Below, piece after piece: positions 47,703 to 57,141 of a stretch of 64,000 nt of DNA. The position numbers and the translations under genes were made by a program. The notes beneath the pieces are model-generated. The model searched no databases, was not told where the DNA came from, and saw only the letters and a program-made list of their open reading frames with translations. Source of the DNA: an uncultured Methanosarcinales archaeon. Lineage in GTDB: Archaea; Nanobdellota; Nanobdellia; Woesearchaeales; GW2011-AR9. Where the stretch lies: NCBI GenBank assembly GCA_964498285.1, contig CAZCGN010000002.1, forward strand, positions 4,923 through 68,922, given 5' to 3'. Position 1 is the first letter of the stretch. Every line of letters starts with the position of its first letter.

Positions 47703-48791
47703 TTACTCAAACAGAATTTCTTCACCTTCGCAGGTAAGATCAACTCTTAAAACATGCTCGCCCCGTTTTCTTTCTGCATATCTTCGTGCAGGTTCAAGAA
47801 TCTCTTTTTCTAAAGCCATATCATTTCTTTTAGGATCGTGGTGTCCGAGTAATACTCTTTTAGCTCTAGCTTCAAGAGCATAATCAACAGCAACCTTCCA
47901 CGTGCTATGTCCCCACCCTTTTTTACTGGCAGCTTCTTGAGGTGTGTATTGAGCATCAAAATATACCACATCTACAGAATCTATTAAATGAAAAAGATTA
48001 TCGTCTCTAGATTCTGGAGTTTCAATATCTGTGATAAACGCAAATGTTCCGTGTGGGCCCATGATTCTATATCCAGTTACTGTCTCAAAACCGTGTGGAA
48101 GTTCCAGGGCCGTGATTTCAGCCTCTCCAATTTTCAAATCATCACCCTCACTATCTTCAAGTACAGTATTTCTAGTCCATTTTAATGGCACACCTGCCCT
48201 AAAGGGTGCTGGAAATTGTGGATTTTTCTGTTGGTCAGAAAGAATATCGAGCATAGTTCTTCCTTCATACCTTCTTCCCCATACACGAAGATCTACATGC
48301 ACATTTTTCTCAGGATCATCGCTTCTTTCTAAAGCATACCCTGGCGCAAAGAACGGAAAGCCTTGAATATGATCGTGATGTGCGTGACTAAAGAGAAGAT
48401 GAAGCTCTCTTGCATTCGCTTCGAGTCCACTTAGTGGATTAAGTTTCCTATCACTGCTATACCTTCTTACCAGCTCATCTCCTAAAGGTCTCATGCCAGT
48501 ACCTGCATCTAAGACAATTAAAGGAGAATTTCGAACTTGTACCTCAACACAAGTGGTGTTTGAGCCATAGGTTCCTGTAGTAGCTGTACTTAGATCTAAT
48601 TCTTCTATCACATCTTTAATTCTTTGAATTGAAGGAACTCCTCTGCGAAATGCTTTCTCAAATCCTCCATTCAGAGCAAGCTCTTGTATTAATCTTGCAT
48701 GCTTTCCAAGAATATCTTCAGAGGATGGTGAAGAAGCAATACCTCCTCGAACGCCCCAAAGTTTGACTCTCATTGCAGGTTCATTTGACAT
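47703..48791 (-). CDS. MBL-fold metallo-hydrolase (phosphodiesterase-like)
   Basis: WGVRGG, GSNTTCVE, LDAGTG, SHAHHDHIQGFPFF, TD, DAQY, GWGHS, HHDP. Confidence 0.9.
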   Translation of the reverse strand: MSNEPAMRVKLWGVRGGIASSPSSEDILGKHARLIQELALNGGFEKAFRRGVPSIQRIKDVIEELDLSTATTGTYGSNTTCVEVQVRNSPLIVLDAGTGMRPLGDELVRRYSSDRKLNPLSGLEANARELHLLFSHAHHDHIQGFPFFAPGYALERSDDPEKNVHVDLRVWGRRYEGRTMLDILSDQQKNPQFPAPFRAGVPLKWTRNTVLEDSEGDDLKIGEAEITALELPHGFETVTGYRIMGPHGTFAFITDIETPESRDDNLFHLIDSVDVVYFDAQYTPQEAASKKGWGHSTWKVAVDYALEARAKRVLLGHHDPKRNDMALEKEILEPARRYAERKRGEHVLRVDLTCEGEEILFE

Positions 48792-48848
48792 GTCTAGAGA
48801 AATATAACTATTGTATTATAAATGTTACCATTTAAAAGTAAGAACTAC

Positions 48849-49985
48849 TCAGACAAACTCAACTTCCATTTCTAGCTGGTCAGCAGTGGGGTATTCAGTA
48901 ACTTTTGCTGCAAGTAGGCCTAATCCATGAAAGTATTCTTTATTTTTCTTAAGATTTCGTACGGAAAGCAGAATTCTTGGTTTGGCTTCATCAAGAAAAA
49001 TCTCCTCATCTTCCAATTTCAGCTCACTTTTTACTTTTTCAAAAGTGGGGATGAGTTTCGTAACAACTTGTTTCAAATCAAGACTTTCAAGTTTCTTTCT
49101 GTACTCAAATCCTGGTGCAAGTTCAGGCAAATACAGAGCGCCACGAATAAGAAGACCTTCATCATCAACTCGATCAAACGCTTTTTGTGCATTTTCGGAC
49201 TCACGTTTCAATCTGTTCGTTAATTGAATCCCATCCTTGAGTTTTGCTGTGCATGCATGGACTGCAAGTAAGTATCCTTTCTTTTCAACATACTCTAGCA
49301 ACCGTATTCCTAACGAGATTGATCCTTCAACAGCATAACTTAAGCTATTTTTTGTTTTAAGGCCCATTGAAGTTAATTTTGAGAGTTCATTATCGGCAAC
49401 CTCCAATTCATTTAAGTTAAGAAACGAGACTTTATCATGAATAAAATCAATAAGTTTTTTTGTCTCCACTTCTTTTGTTGGAATAAGTGGAATTTCACAA
49501 CCAACATCCCAGCTAAAAGATGTAGCAAGAGCTATTTTTCCCCACAACTTTTCACTCTCAAGATCTAAATGGAACCGAATTTCGTCCAATCCTGCATCAA
49601 ACAATTTTTGCAACGTTTTTTCTGTTACAAGATTAAGGGATGTGTATAAATGAATATGAAAATCTTTACCAAACTCTTGTTTGAAGAGGGTGATATATTC
49701 AACTGTTCGATCAAGTCTACTGAGAGGATCGCCACCGGTAATTCCAGCACCTTTTGCACGCATTAATTTGGCTTCGGCAATAACATCTTGAGGAGTTTTC
49801 CCTTTCCTCTCATTTGCATAGATGTTGTCTTTGCCAAACTTATTGTCTGATACTGGACAGAAATAACATTTTCGAGGACAAATACCTGTAACAAAGAGAA
49901 CCATCTTCTCACCTTTAACACAATACTGACATCCTTTCGGAAGTGTTTTAAGGTTGTACGAATAATACTCATTTTCTTGTGCCAC
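48849..49985 (-). CDS. archaeal radical SAM protein
   Basis: GCQYCVKGEKMVLFVTGICPRKCYFCP, ITGGDP, HIHLYT, LDEIRFH, NLNELE. Confidence 0.9.
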   Translation of the reverse strand: MAQENEYYSYNLKTLPKGCQYCVKGEKMVLFVTGICPRKCYFCPVSDNKFGKDNIYANERKGKTPQDVIAEAKLMRAKGAGITGGDPLSRLDRTVEYITLFKQEFGKDFHIHLYTSLNLVTEKTLQKLFDAGLDEIRFHLDLESEKLWGKIALATSFSWDVGCEIPLIPTKEVETKKLIDFIHDKVSFLNLNELEVADNELSKLTSMGLKTKNSLSYAVEGSISLGIRLLEYVEKKGYLLAVHACTAKLKDGIQLTNRLKRESENAQKAFDRVDDEGLLIRGALYLPELAPGFEYRKKLESLDLKQVVTKLIPTFEKVKSELKLEDEEIFLDEAKPRILLSVRNLKKNKEYFHGLGLLAAKVTEYPTADQLEMEVEFV

Positions 49986-50028
49986 TGGATATTTTTTATA
50001 AGGGTATTTTTAAAAGTTTGTAAGGTAT

Positions 50029-50802
50029 TCAGTTTGAAGCTTCTCCAAGTGTTCTTTCTAAACTTTTAGTAACAAGGCCAGGTAAATATGCTGGAATCTT
50101 TCTATTTACAGCTTTAAGATCAAACGTAAAATCATCATTTAGCTGAACTCCTACAACACGCATTCTAGATCTTTTCCCATAAAAATCCTTCAGCGCATGC
50201 TCACTTCCCATCCACAGAAGATTTGCTAGAGAACCATGTCTTTCTACATTTCTATAGATTGCTCTTTCCCTGAGCATGTCAAGAACCTTCAAAGGTAAAG
50301 CTTTTCCTATTTCTGGAAAATTTAATTCATCCAATCTATCAAGCGCATCGTCAATACTTTCGCCTTTCTCTCTTCGTAGTATCTCTTTAACTAAGAAAGG
50401 TACACCTTTCTGTACAACACTAGCTGCCATGGTAAGGTTGTATAACTGTTGGAAAAAAGGAAAATCTAATACTCTAGCTTCCGTAGGAGAAAATTGAATA
50501 TTAGAAACATCACCTCTTGAAGCTTTCACTGTTTCTATCCAACCCATATAAAAATCATGGTCTAGGAGAGGAGAACCACTCTGTAGATCTCCCTCTAGAA
50601 TTTGGTTCATGTCAACCGCATATCTTGGCGAAAGTCCATCCAAAAAAACTCTTTCAACACCCTCTCTTTGGATTAATTCTTGTGTAACTGTTCTACTAGC
50701 TTTTTGATGTAGCTTTACTATTCTTGGAAGCTCAGCAGGGTCATGTATAGAATAACCTCCCGCTACAGGATGACGACCTTGAATGATGTAAACGTCTTTC
50801 AT
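50029..50802 (-). CDS. hypothetical protein, possible TraB/Tiki/EreA-like fold
   Basis: IIQGRH, RVFLDG, RERAI, LWMGSEH motif order. Confidence 0.6.
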   Translation of the reverse strand: MKDVYIIQGRHPVAGGYSIHDPAELPRIVKLHQKASRTVTQELIQREGVERVFLDGLSPRYAVDMNQILEGDLQSGSPLLDHDFYMGWIETVKASRGDVSNIQFSPTEARVLDFPFFQQLYNLTMAASVVQKGVPFLVKEILRREKGESIDDALDRLDELNFPEIGKALPLKVLDMLRERAIYRNVERHGSLANLLWMGSEHALKDFYGKRSRMRVVGVQLNDDFTFDLKAVNRKIPAYLPGLVTKSLERTLGEASN

Positions 50803-50810
50803 TTTTCTAA

Positions 50811-51689
50811 TTAATTGTCCTCATCAAGAAACTCAGGGGGAATAAATTGATCAAAGGGTGTAAAAATAGGTCTTCCTGAAGGGTCTATCCCTCTAAAAAA
50901 AGTGTTATTATTTGAGTGATCAAGGTGTCCTTCAATCCCGAGTTGTTCTGCAGCCCTTTCAACATCATCATAGAATGTTTCAGCAACACCAGAAATCCAA
51001 GAGATATCTTGAGATAAATCAACCCCCAGTCTTCTATATCTTTCTTTTAAAGAAGCAACTTTTTCCTGTTTTAGACTAATCGCTTCATTGGTAAATTCTA
51101 TCTCTTCACGAACCTGGAATCCTTCAATACGTCCCCAATATTTTATTTTCATTCTCCCGCTTGATTCTGCAAGGTCTTGCCATTTAATCATATGTCGTAA
51201 AATTGCTTCCTCTCTAAGAACTTCTTCAGGGGCGTATTCTAAATCTTCCAATCTTGGTTCTTCAACCCATTCCATTACAATAAAATTACCTTCACTGTAT
51301 AGATCATCCCTATTCTGTGTGCCAAAATACACTTTTAGGGACATAGGGACATAGGGTCCATCTGTTGGTAAAGCATTACCAATCATCAAAGAATTAGCTA
51401 ATTCTGTTGCTACACTATCCTTTATACACACTCCAACTATTCCTGAACTAGTTTGAACTCTTGCTAATTTTACATAGTCTCCAACGAATCCATCATTTAC
51501 TGGGAGGGTTTGTTCAAAAGTTTTTTTTGCCCAAGCAAATGCTTCTTGTGGGCTTATTTCAAGTGAAGAGATGAGGCTCTCACCATCCTCAAAAACGTGT
51601 AAATCTTTTCTTCTATTAGAATCTGTAAAAGAATAGCGCCTAGCTAAATCAATTGTTCTTTTGGGTTCTTCTCTAAAGTTAGTGTACAT
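50811..51689 (-). CDS. hypothetical protein with protein-kinase-like motifs
   Basis: VCIKD, IVMEWV, LDHSNNN, PFDQ. Confidence 0.6.
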   Translation of the reverse strand: MYTNFREEPKRTIDLARRYSFTDSNRRKDLHVFEDGESLISSLEISPQEAFAWAKKTFEQTLPVNDGFVGDYVKLARVQTSSGIVGVCIKDSVATELANSLMIGNALPTDGPYVPMSLKVYFGTQNRDDLYSEGNFIVMEWVEEPRLEDLEYAPEEVLREEAILRHMIKWQDLAESSGRMKIKYWGRIEGFQVREEIEFTNEAISLKQEKVASLKERYRRLGVDLSQDISWISGVAETFYDDVERAAEQLGIEGHLDHSNNNTFFRGIDPSGRPIFTPFDQFIPPEFLDEDN

Positions 51690-51786
51690 TTTATCCGATA
51701 AACACTCGAGAAACCAACCTAATGCTCAAAAGTAAGCCTATAATATAAAGATTATCTAGTATAGCGTGCCTTGAGGAGATTAAAAA

Positions 51787-52821
51787 TTAAGCTTCTGCTT
51801 TAGCTTCGTTGTATACCTTTTCAAACTCTTCTACAAAAGCTGTAGCAATTTCTTCACTTTCAATGATAAGAACATTCTCATCATTACGAGTATTACCGCC
51901 TGCAGTTGGGTTCATTGAACCAGTAACAACTATCTTCTCATCAATAATAAAGACCTTGTGATGCATGTTTTGTTTGTTAGCATCCTTGTACACATCTTCT
52001 ATCTGAAATTTGAGCACATCATATTTTGAGTATTTTGTAACCTGCCTAGCTTCCATAACACCTTTAATAGCAATCCCTTGGTTCTGTTGCAACAAAAGCG
52101 CGTTAGCAATCTTTTCACTTGTAAAACTGAACGTCATGAATTGGATACTACTTTTAGCATCATCAAGAAAGGAAGTAATATGCTGCGTGCAGCTATCATC
52201 TGGACAGAAGTAATTATGAATAGTTATATCTTCATTTTCAAATGTAATACTTTCGAACGCTACTTTCTCACCCTTTTTGAACGTTCCTTGCCACATTTCA
52301 TCAAACTCTGCTTGATAATTTGTTGCAAGAGTGGATGAGTCAATAAACAGTAAATTATTATTGTTCTTATGCGCGCCATTGTTTGTAGGATTCATGGAGC
52401 CGGAACTTATCTTCTTTCCATCAACTATGCAGAATTTGTTGTGCATAAGACCCCAGCTATCAATTTGTACAAACGAGTGGTTGAATTTATGCACATAGTC
52501 ATTGTCTGTAACGATTTTAACTTCAATTTCAGATGATTTTTCAAGTAACTTTGCTTGCACACTTTCAAGTCCAATATCAAACAGAGCGCAGGAAATGCTC
52601 ATTTGGGCTGAGTCTAAAAAAGATACTAGTGCCCCTTCACAATCTTGATGTGGACAGAAGTAGACTTGAAGTGAGCCAGTATCAAGTACACTTGTGTGTA
52701 CTGGATCGATAACAATGGCTGAGGTTAAAAAATCAAAGTCAAATGAATCCAAATCGATCGATGAATAGCCTAATGCTGCAAGTAAAATAAGTAATGCAAA
52801 AGAGATGTACTTTATTTTCAT
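51787..52821 (-). CDS. phospholipase D family protein (two HKD motifs) with N-terminal anchor
   Basis: MHNKFCIVD..GSMNPT and MHHKVFIID..GSMNPT..NDEN. Confidence 0.92.
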   Translation of the reverse strand: MKIKYISFALLILLAALGYSSIDLDSFDFDFLTSAIVIDPVHTSVLDTGSLQVYFCPHQDCEGALVSFLDSAQMSISCALFDIGLESVQAKLLEKSSEIEVKIVTDNDYVHKFNHSFVQIDSWGLMHNKFCIVDGKKISSGSMNPTNNGAHKNNNNLLFIDSSTLATNYQAEFDEMWQGTFKKGEKVAFESITFENEDITIHNYFCPDDSCTQHITSFLDDAKSSIQFMTFSFTSEKIANALLLQQNQGIAIKGVMEARQVTKYSKYDVLKFQIEDVYKDANKQNMHHKVFIIDEKIVVTGSMNPTAGGNTRNDENVLIIESEEIATAFVEEFEKVYNEAKAEA

Positions 52822-52852
52822 CAGTTAGGAGAAAGTATCTTACTACATAAAA

Positions 52853-53668
52853 CTATTCTCTGATATCTTCTCTTGTTGTTAGAAATGTATGCAATGCAAC
52901 CATTCTGCTTCTTTTTGAATATGTCTCATCGTTTAAAAATATTAGTAGATTTGTAGCTTCTTGATGTGCATTTGAGCCCGGTTGAAGTGAATCTCTCCAG
53001 GCAACAACACCTCCCTTCACAGGGTCGTAATATATCTCAGCTAACTGATGTACTAGTTGTGGTGGGTGCGGTTCATTTCCTTGAAGAGCTTTTGACTCGC
53101 TTTCTAAGTATGCTACAACGTCAATTTTTTGAAATACATCTAAAGGACCAATAAATTCCTTGATATGAGGGTTCCATCCATCTTCTGAATAGAACTCTGC
53201 CATTGGGTTTCTTGTACATTCTTCAAGGGATACAGGAACTGTGGCTTGGCTAAATCTACCTTCAATAGCTCCAGCTTTTTCTGTTAATTCTATTTGTGTA
53301 TCAACACCGATATATGTCGTTGGACGGTTAGGGAAAGTTACTGGGCAGAGAAAATAGTTTGAGATGGCACTAGTAGATGCATCTATTTCTAAAGCTTTCC
53401 CATACTGGCCTCGGAATCTTGGATCTTGCATTCTTTCAAGAAGTCCATCTTCAAACGCAGCAAGCTCAGGTGTATATCTACTGTCTTCCTCATCAACCAA
53501 TGGGACTTGTTCTACGCCTCTCGGTTTGGGTGTTGATATATCTTCATGAGTCGCAACATCTTCTTTCCAACTATCATAATCCTGACTCTTATCTGGACAC
53601 ATTGCTGCACCTAAGGCTAGTGCTGCAAGACCAGCTACAATACCAATAGTTCTCGCTCGAAACGTCAT
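52853..53668 (-). CDS. membrane-anchored hypothetical protein (paralog A)
   Basis: N-terminal hydrophobic segment ending GAAMC; shares motifs with 53732-54502. Confidence 0.7.
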   Translation of the reverse strand: MTFRARTIGIVAGLAALALGAAMCPDKSQDYDSWKEDVATHEDISTPKPRGVEQVPLVDEEDSRYTPELAAFEDGLLERMQDPRFRGQYGKALEIDASTSAISNYFLCPVTFPNRPTTYIGVDTQIELTEKAGAIEGRFSQATVPVSLEECTRNPMAEFYSEDGWNPHIKEFIGPLDVFQKIDVVAYLESESKALQGNEPHPPQLVHQLAEIYYDPVKGGVVAWRDSLQPGSNAHQEATNLLIFLNDETYSKRSRMVALHTFLTTREDIRE

Positions 53669-53731
53669 ATCTATTAAGGAAGGAAGGTGTTTTATAAAAG
53701 TTACTCAAAAACACCACTGATCAGAAGTAAC

Positions 53732-54502
53732 CTAAAACTCGCCCCAATCAGCAGTTATGAGGTCGTCATATGTACTGATAAGAGCTTGAGACGGAGTACT
53801 CCTTTCAGAATCCAGCTTTGTAAGAACTCGTGATGCAAGGTCATGTTCAACTGATCCAGTTGTAGTTGCATCTTGCCATGCAACAAGATTATCTCGAACG
53901 ACTCCATAATGTGTTTGCGCAAGCCTTTCAAGGCGAGGATCATCGGCTTCTCCTCTATAATCAGCAACTGCTTCAAGGGAGCGCCAGTTTGTTAAAGAGC
54001 TAACAAATGTTCCAATTTCTGGCCTATTCCAATCTCCACCATATGTTCCATCAGAAGTTTCCCAGAAAGAATGGAACGGAGCAAGCGCATTTGCACGACA
54101 ATCTAGGCCAGCTTCAACAGCTTCTTCATACCGCAATTCAAATACTCCTTGTACATTAACAGCGTTTCCATCATCATCAAATTCTAGACATGCATAATCG
54201 GCAGTAAGTGTAAATGTTCTGAGGGTTGTAACTACTTGTCTTCTTTCTTCAACTTCATTGCGTGGTACTCTTAATTCAGCTTCATATGCAAGAAGATCAT
54301 CATCAATACTCTGAGGAGAAGGATCTGGTGCTGGTTGAAAAGTTGGAGGGGAGGGAGACTCTGTTGGCAATTGCTTTGCCTGCGTACTAGATCCTTGATC
54401 CCTAAACTCTTCTCCTTTAAAATCATCATAACAAAGAGCTCCTATTCCCAGAAGTACAACTAGGCCTGCAACCATGGTAACTCGTTCTTGATATTGATCC
54501 AT
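53732..54502 (-). CDS. membrane-anchored hypothetical protein (paralog B)
   Basis: N-terminal hydrophobic segment ending GALC; shares VAW.D...GS..H motif with paralog A. Confidence 0.7.
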   Translation of the reverse strand: MDQYQERVTMVAGLVVLLGIGALCYDDFKGEEFRDQGSSTQAKQLPTESPSPPTFQPAPDPSPQSIDDDLLAYEAELRVPRNEVEERRQVVTTLRTFTLTADYACLEFDDDGNAVNVQGVFELRYEEAVEAGLDCRANALAPFHSFWETSDGTYGGDWNRPEIGTFVSSLTNWRSLEAVADYRGEADDPRLERLAQTHYGVVRDNLVAWQDATTTGSVEHDLASRVLTKLDSERSTPSQALISTYDDLITADWGEF

Positions 54503-54571
54503 TTTTAATTTCCCAAGCTTAACTTCTTAATAAACATTTAGACATAAAAAAAGAAATAAAAGAAGAAAAAG

Positions 54572-55147
54572 TTAATTCACTCGGTTGTTTGCTCTTCGCG
54601 ACGGGAACGCTTTTCGGCTACCCTTTCCTTTTGAGCGCATTCCACGTGATTTTCGAGCAGCAGACGTTTTTCCTCTAAATGCTCGTGAGTGGTGCTTTTT
54701 ATCCTGCGTCCATGCCAAATTCTTATCTGACTTAATCACTGGGTGATGTGGATCAACAAAGATAATCTCGTACCATGCATACTTTCCATCTTCAGCTACG
54801 TAATACGAGTTAAGAACCATTAAATTTGTAAACTTCTTCTGTGCTCGTTCTTGCGCGATTACCTGATAGCTTTTTCGCAAAGGAAGCTTTACACCCGTGT
54901 TCCTGGGTCGTCTTCCTTTTACAATCCGCTCTCGTCTGTGTCCACCACGTGGCACTCGTTGTCTTACAACAATGAATCCTTGTTTTGCTTTATATCCTAA
55001 AGAACGTGCTCTATCAATTCGTGTTGGCCTTTGAATAACAACCGTTGTTGCTTCACGTCTCCACGCTAGAAGTCTTTCTCGCCACAATTCTGGCATATTT
55101 TTTTGTGGTTTTTTCCACAATGTTTGTATCTGTTTGTATAGTCCCAT
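54572..55147 (-). CDS. rpl15e: 50S ribosomal protein L15e
   Basis: RPTRIDRARSLGYKAKQG, VLNSYYV.EDG, RAFRGKTSA. Confidence 0.98.
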   Translation of the reverse strand: MGLYKQIQTLWKKPQKNMPELWRERLLAWRREATTVVIQRPTRIDRARSLGYKAKQGFIVVRQRVPRGGHRRERIVKGRRPRNTGVKLPLRKSYQVIAQERAQKKFTNLMVLNSYYVAEDGKYAWYEIIFVDPHHPVIKSDKNLAWTQDKKHHSRAFRGKTSAARKSRGMRSKGKGSRKAFPSRRANNRVN

Positions 55148-55181
55148 TTAAGGTTTTAGCCTCCGTTGTTTTACGCTACAT

Positions 55182-55221
55182 ATCAGAGATTCAGGCAAGC
55201 TACTGCCCACATTTCTATGAT
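55182..55221 (-). promoter_or_regulatory. probable eL15 ribosomal-protein leader RNA
   Basis: ATCATAGAAATGTG-GGCAG-TAGC-TTGCC-TGAATCTCTGAT: stem with AUGUG/UGAA internal loop in the rpl15e 5' region, resembling euryarchaeal eL15 leaders from memory. Confidence 0.65.
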
Positions 55222-55332
55222 AGGACTATTTTCGCCTCGTTTCTTTATAAAGCTTACGTGAGGAATCTTCTTTCGCATCCTTTATATACTTAGAGTTCTA
55301 TCTAAAATAGCAATGACCTTGGAGGTATTTCT

Positions 55333-56454
55333 ATGACATTAACTAAACTTGCGCGCAGTGATTTTCCTATGTTTGACATTGACACATCCATCTCAAAGAT
55401 GCTTGGTGTACTTGAAAAAAAGTCCGTTCCAACGGGTGTTGTTCTTAAAAACAAAAAGTTTGTGGGCCTTGTAGATAGACGAATGCTGTTTGCAACAGGA
55501 TTCGATCCACTGACAACTAAGCTTACAAAATGTGTTCGTAGAACTCCAACGATTGTGCAGAATTCTAATGTTAATGAAGTACTTGAAAAAATGCAAAAGG
55601 TAGGCCTAAGTTATCTTCCTGTAACAAAAGAGAACTCTGTTGTTGGAGTTGTTCGTGCAATTGATGTCGTTGTACATAAGCTTAAAGGCCAGGGGATATC
55701 TCCTAAAGTTCATGATATCTCTTTAGAGCATCCACCATTTCTTATTGCAACAGATAAACTTGGTAAAGCTCTTAAAATAATGCAACAGCAAAGAGTGGAC
55801 CAGGTACCTGTATTCTCTGGACGAGAATTGCTTGGTGTTGTAAGTGATAGTGCGCTTATGCCCTATCTTCTTATGCCAAAACAAAAGTCTTCTTCTGCTC
55901 GCGCGCAAAAAGCGGTTGGAAGAAGTAAAGCAGCAGCAGTCGATTCTCAGCCTTTAGCATCTTTATCCATTACACCGTTTATGAAAACAAAACCTCTTCA
56001 GACAGTTACGCGTGAATCATCCTTAAAAGATGCACTCATGCTTATGCTCAGGCATTCCCTCAGTGATGTGATAGTTGCTGAAAATGATCGTGTGTATGGT
56101 GTATTAACTTTACGAAAGATTATTGCATATTTAACTGCACTTGATATTGACGAGGATATATCTGTTCAGTTTGTTGGGATTAGTAAGACTCATCTTACAA
56201 CGCCTGAACTTGTAAGACTTAAAACAATCGCGCAGAGTGAAGCAGCTAAACTTCAACGAAGAATAAAGCAAGATGAGATCCTTGTAAACATTCGGATTAA
56301 AGAATCTCATAAGAAAGGATCAAAGCACATGTACTCTGTAACAACCAGAGTTGAAGCGGGTTCAAAACCGATTACAAGCACGCAAGAAGATTGGAAAGTG
56401 GAAGTTGCTCTTAGAAAAGCGTTCAACTCGCTAAGTTCATATAAGAAGAAGTAA
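55333..56454 (+). CDS. 4xCBS domain protein with C-terminal HPF/RaiA-like domain (putative ribosome hibernation factor)
   Basis: Four CBS repeats (LPV..VVGVV, VPV..LLGVVS); C-terminal beta-alpha domain ..VNIRIKE..YSVTTRV..EDWKVEVALRKAF; SD GGAGGT. Confidence 0.75.
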   Translation: MTLTKLARSDFPMFDIDTSISKMLGVLEKKSVPTGVVLKNKKFVGLVDRRMLFATGFDPLTTKLTKCVRRTPTIVQNSNVNEVLEKMQKVGLSYLPVTKENSVVGVVRAIDVVVHKLKGQGISPKVHDISLEHPPFLIATDKLGKALKIMQQQRVDQVPVFSGRELLGVVSDSALMPYLLMPKQKSSSARAQKAVGRSKAAAVDSQPLASLSITPFMKTKPLQTVTRESSLKDALMLMLRHSLSDVIVAENDRVYGVLTLRKIIAYLTALDIDEDISVQFVGISKTHLTTPELVRLKTIAQSEAAKLQRRIKQDEILVNIRIKESHKKGSKHMYSVTTRVEAGSKPITSTQEDWKVEVALRKAFNSLSSYKKK

Positions 56455-56505
56455 AACGGTATTTGTGTCAGAACACTTTTAAAGCATAGTTCTTGATTTT
56501 ATGAG

Positions 56506-57141
56506 ATGGTTCTATATGTTGCTCTTCATCATAGTGGTAGAGAACTTGGGCTTCAATCACCAGTGAATTATAACGTTCTTTTTAATCCTGGGCTGGAACT
56601 TACAACTCATGAGGCACCGATACTTTCTGCTAGAACGACTGTTAATAAGCTAGTTGAAGAGTTGGCAGAACGGGGGGTTGCAGCTTCCTCCTTTTGGTCA
56701 GAGAAACAGCAAGCAGCCGAAGTAAGTTCTGTATTAAATACTGTCCTGTATTTTGGCCAAGGGATTTTTACAGTAGCACACTTGTATTTTGAAGGTAGAC
56801 CAACAAAGTTTGGAAAAAATTTTGCTCCAAGGTGGTTTACCTGGCGTAATGAGGTTGTTTATGGTTCAATTAGTCCAATCCAACAAGTTTCATTAGTAGA
56901 TGGGGAGCTCATTCAATCACAATGTAAAGGGGTCGATCCTTGGATATCACGCTTGGCGAATACCTTTTTAGCTAAGAGATATAATGTGGGTAATGTTATG
57001 TGGACTCGCGATAATAATTTAGGTTTTGTAGGTGTTGTGGTTCCAAAACTAGATTTAGAAAGAATAGTTGCTCAAAGAGATGATATGTCTACTCTTGCAC
57101 GAGAAGAAGCACAATATTGGGTGGGACGAAAGAGTGCGTAA
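56506..57141 (+). CDS. hypothetical protein
   Basis: 211-aa ORF; TTTTAAA ~23 nt upstream. Confidence 0.6.
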   Translation: MVLYVALHHSGRELGLQSPVNYNVLFNPGLELTTHEAPILSARTTVNKLVEELAERGVAASSFWSEKQQAAEVSSVLNTVLYFGQGIFTVAHLYFEGRPTKFGKNFAPRWFTWRNEVVYGSISPIQQVSLVDGELIQSQCKGVDPWISRLANTFLAKRYNVGNVMWTRDNNLGFVGVVVPKLDLERIVAQRDDMSTLAREEAQYWVGRKSA

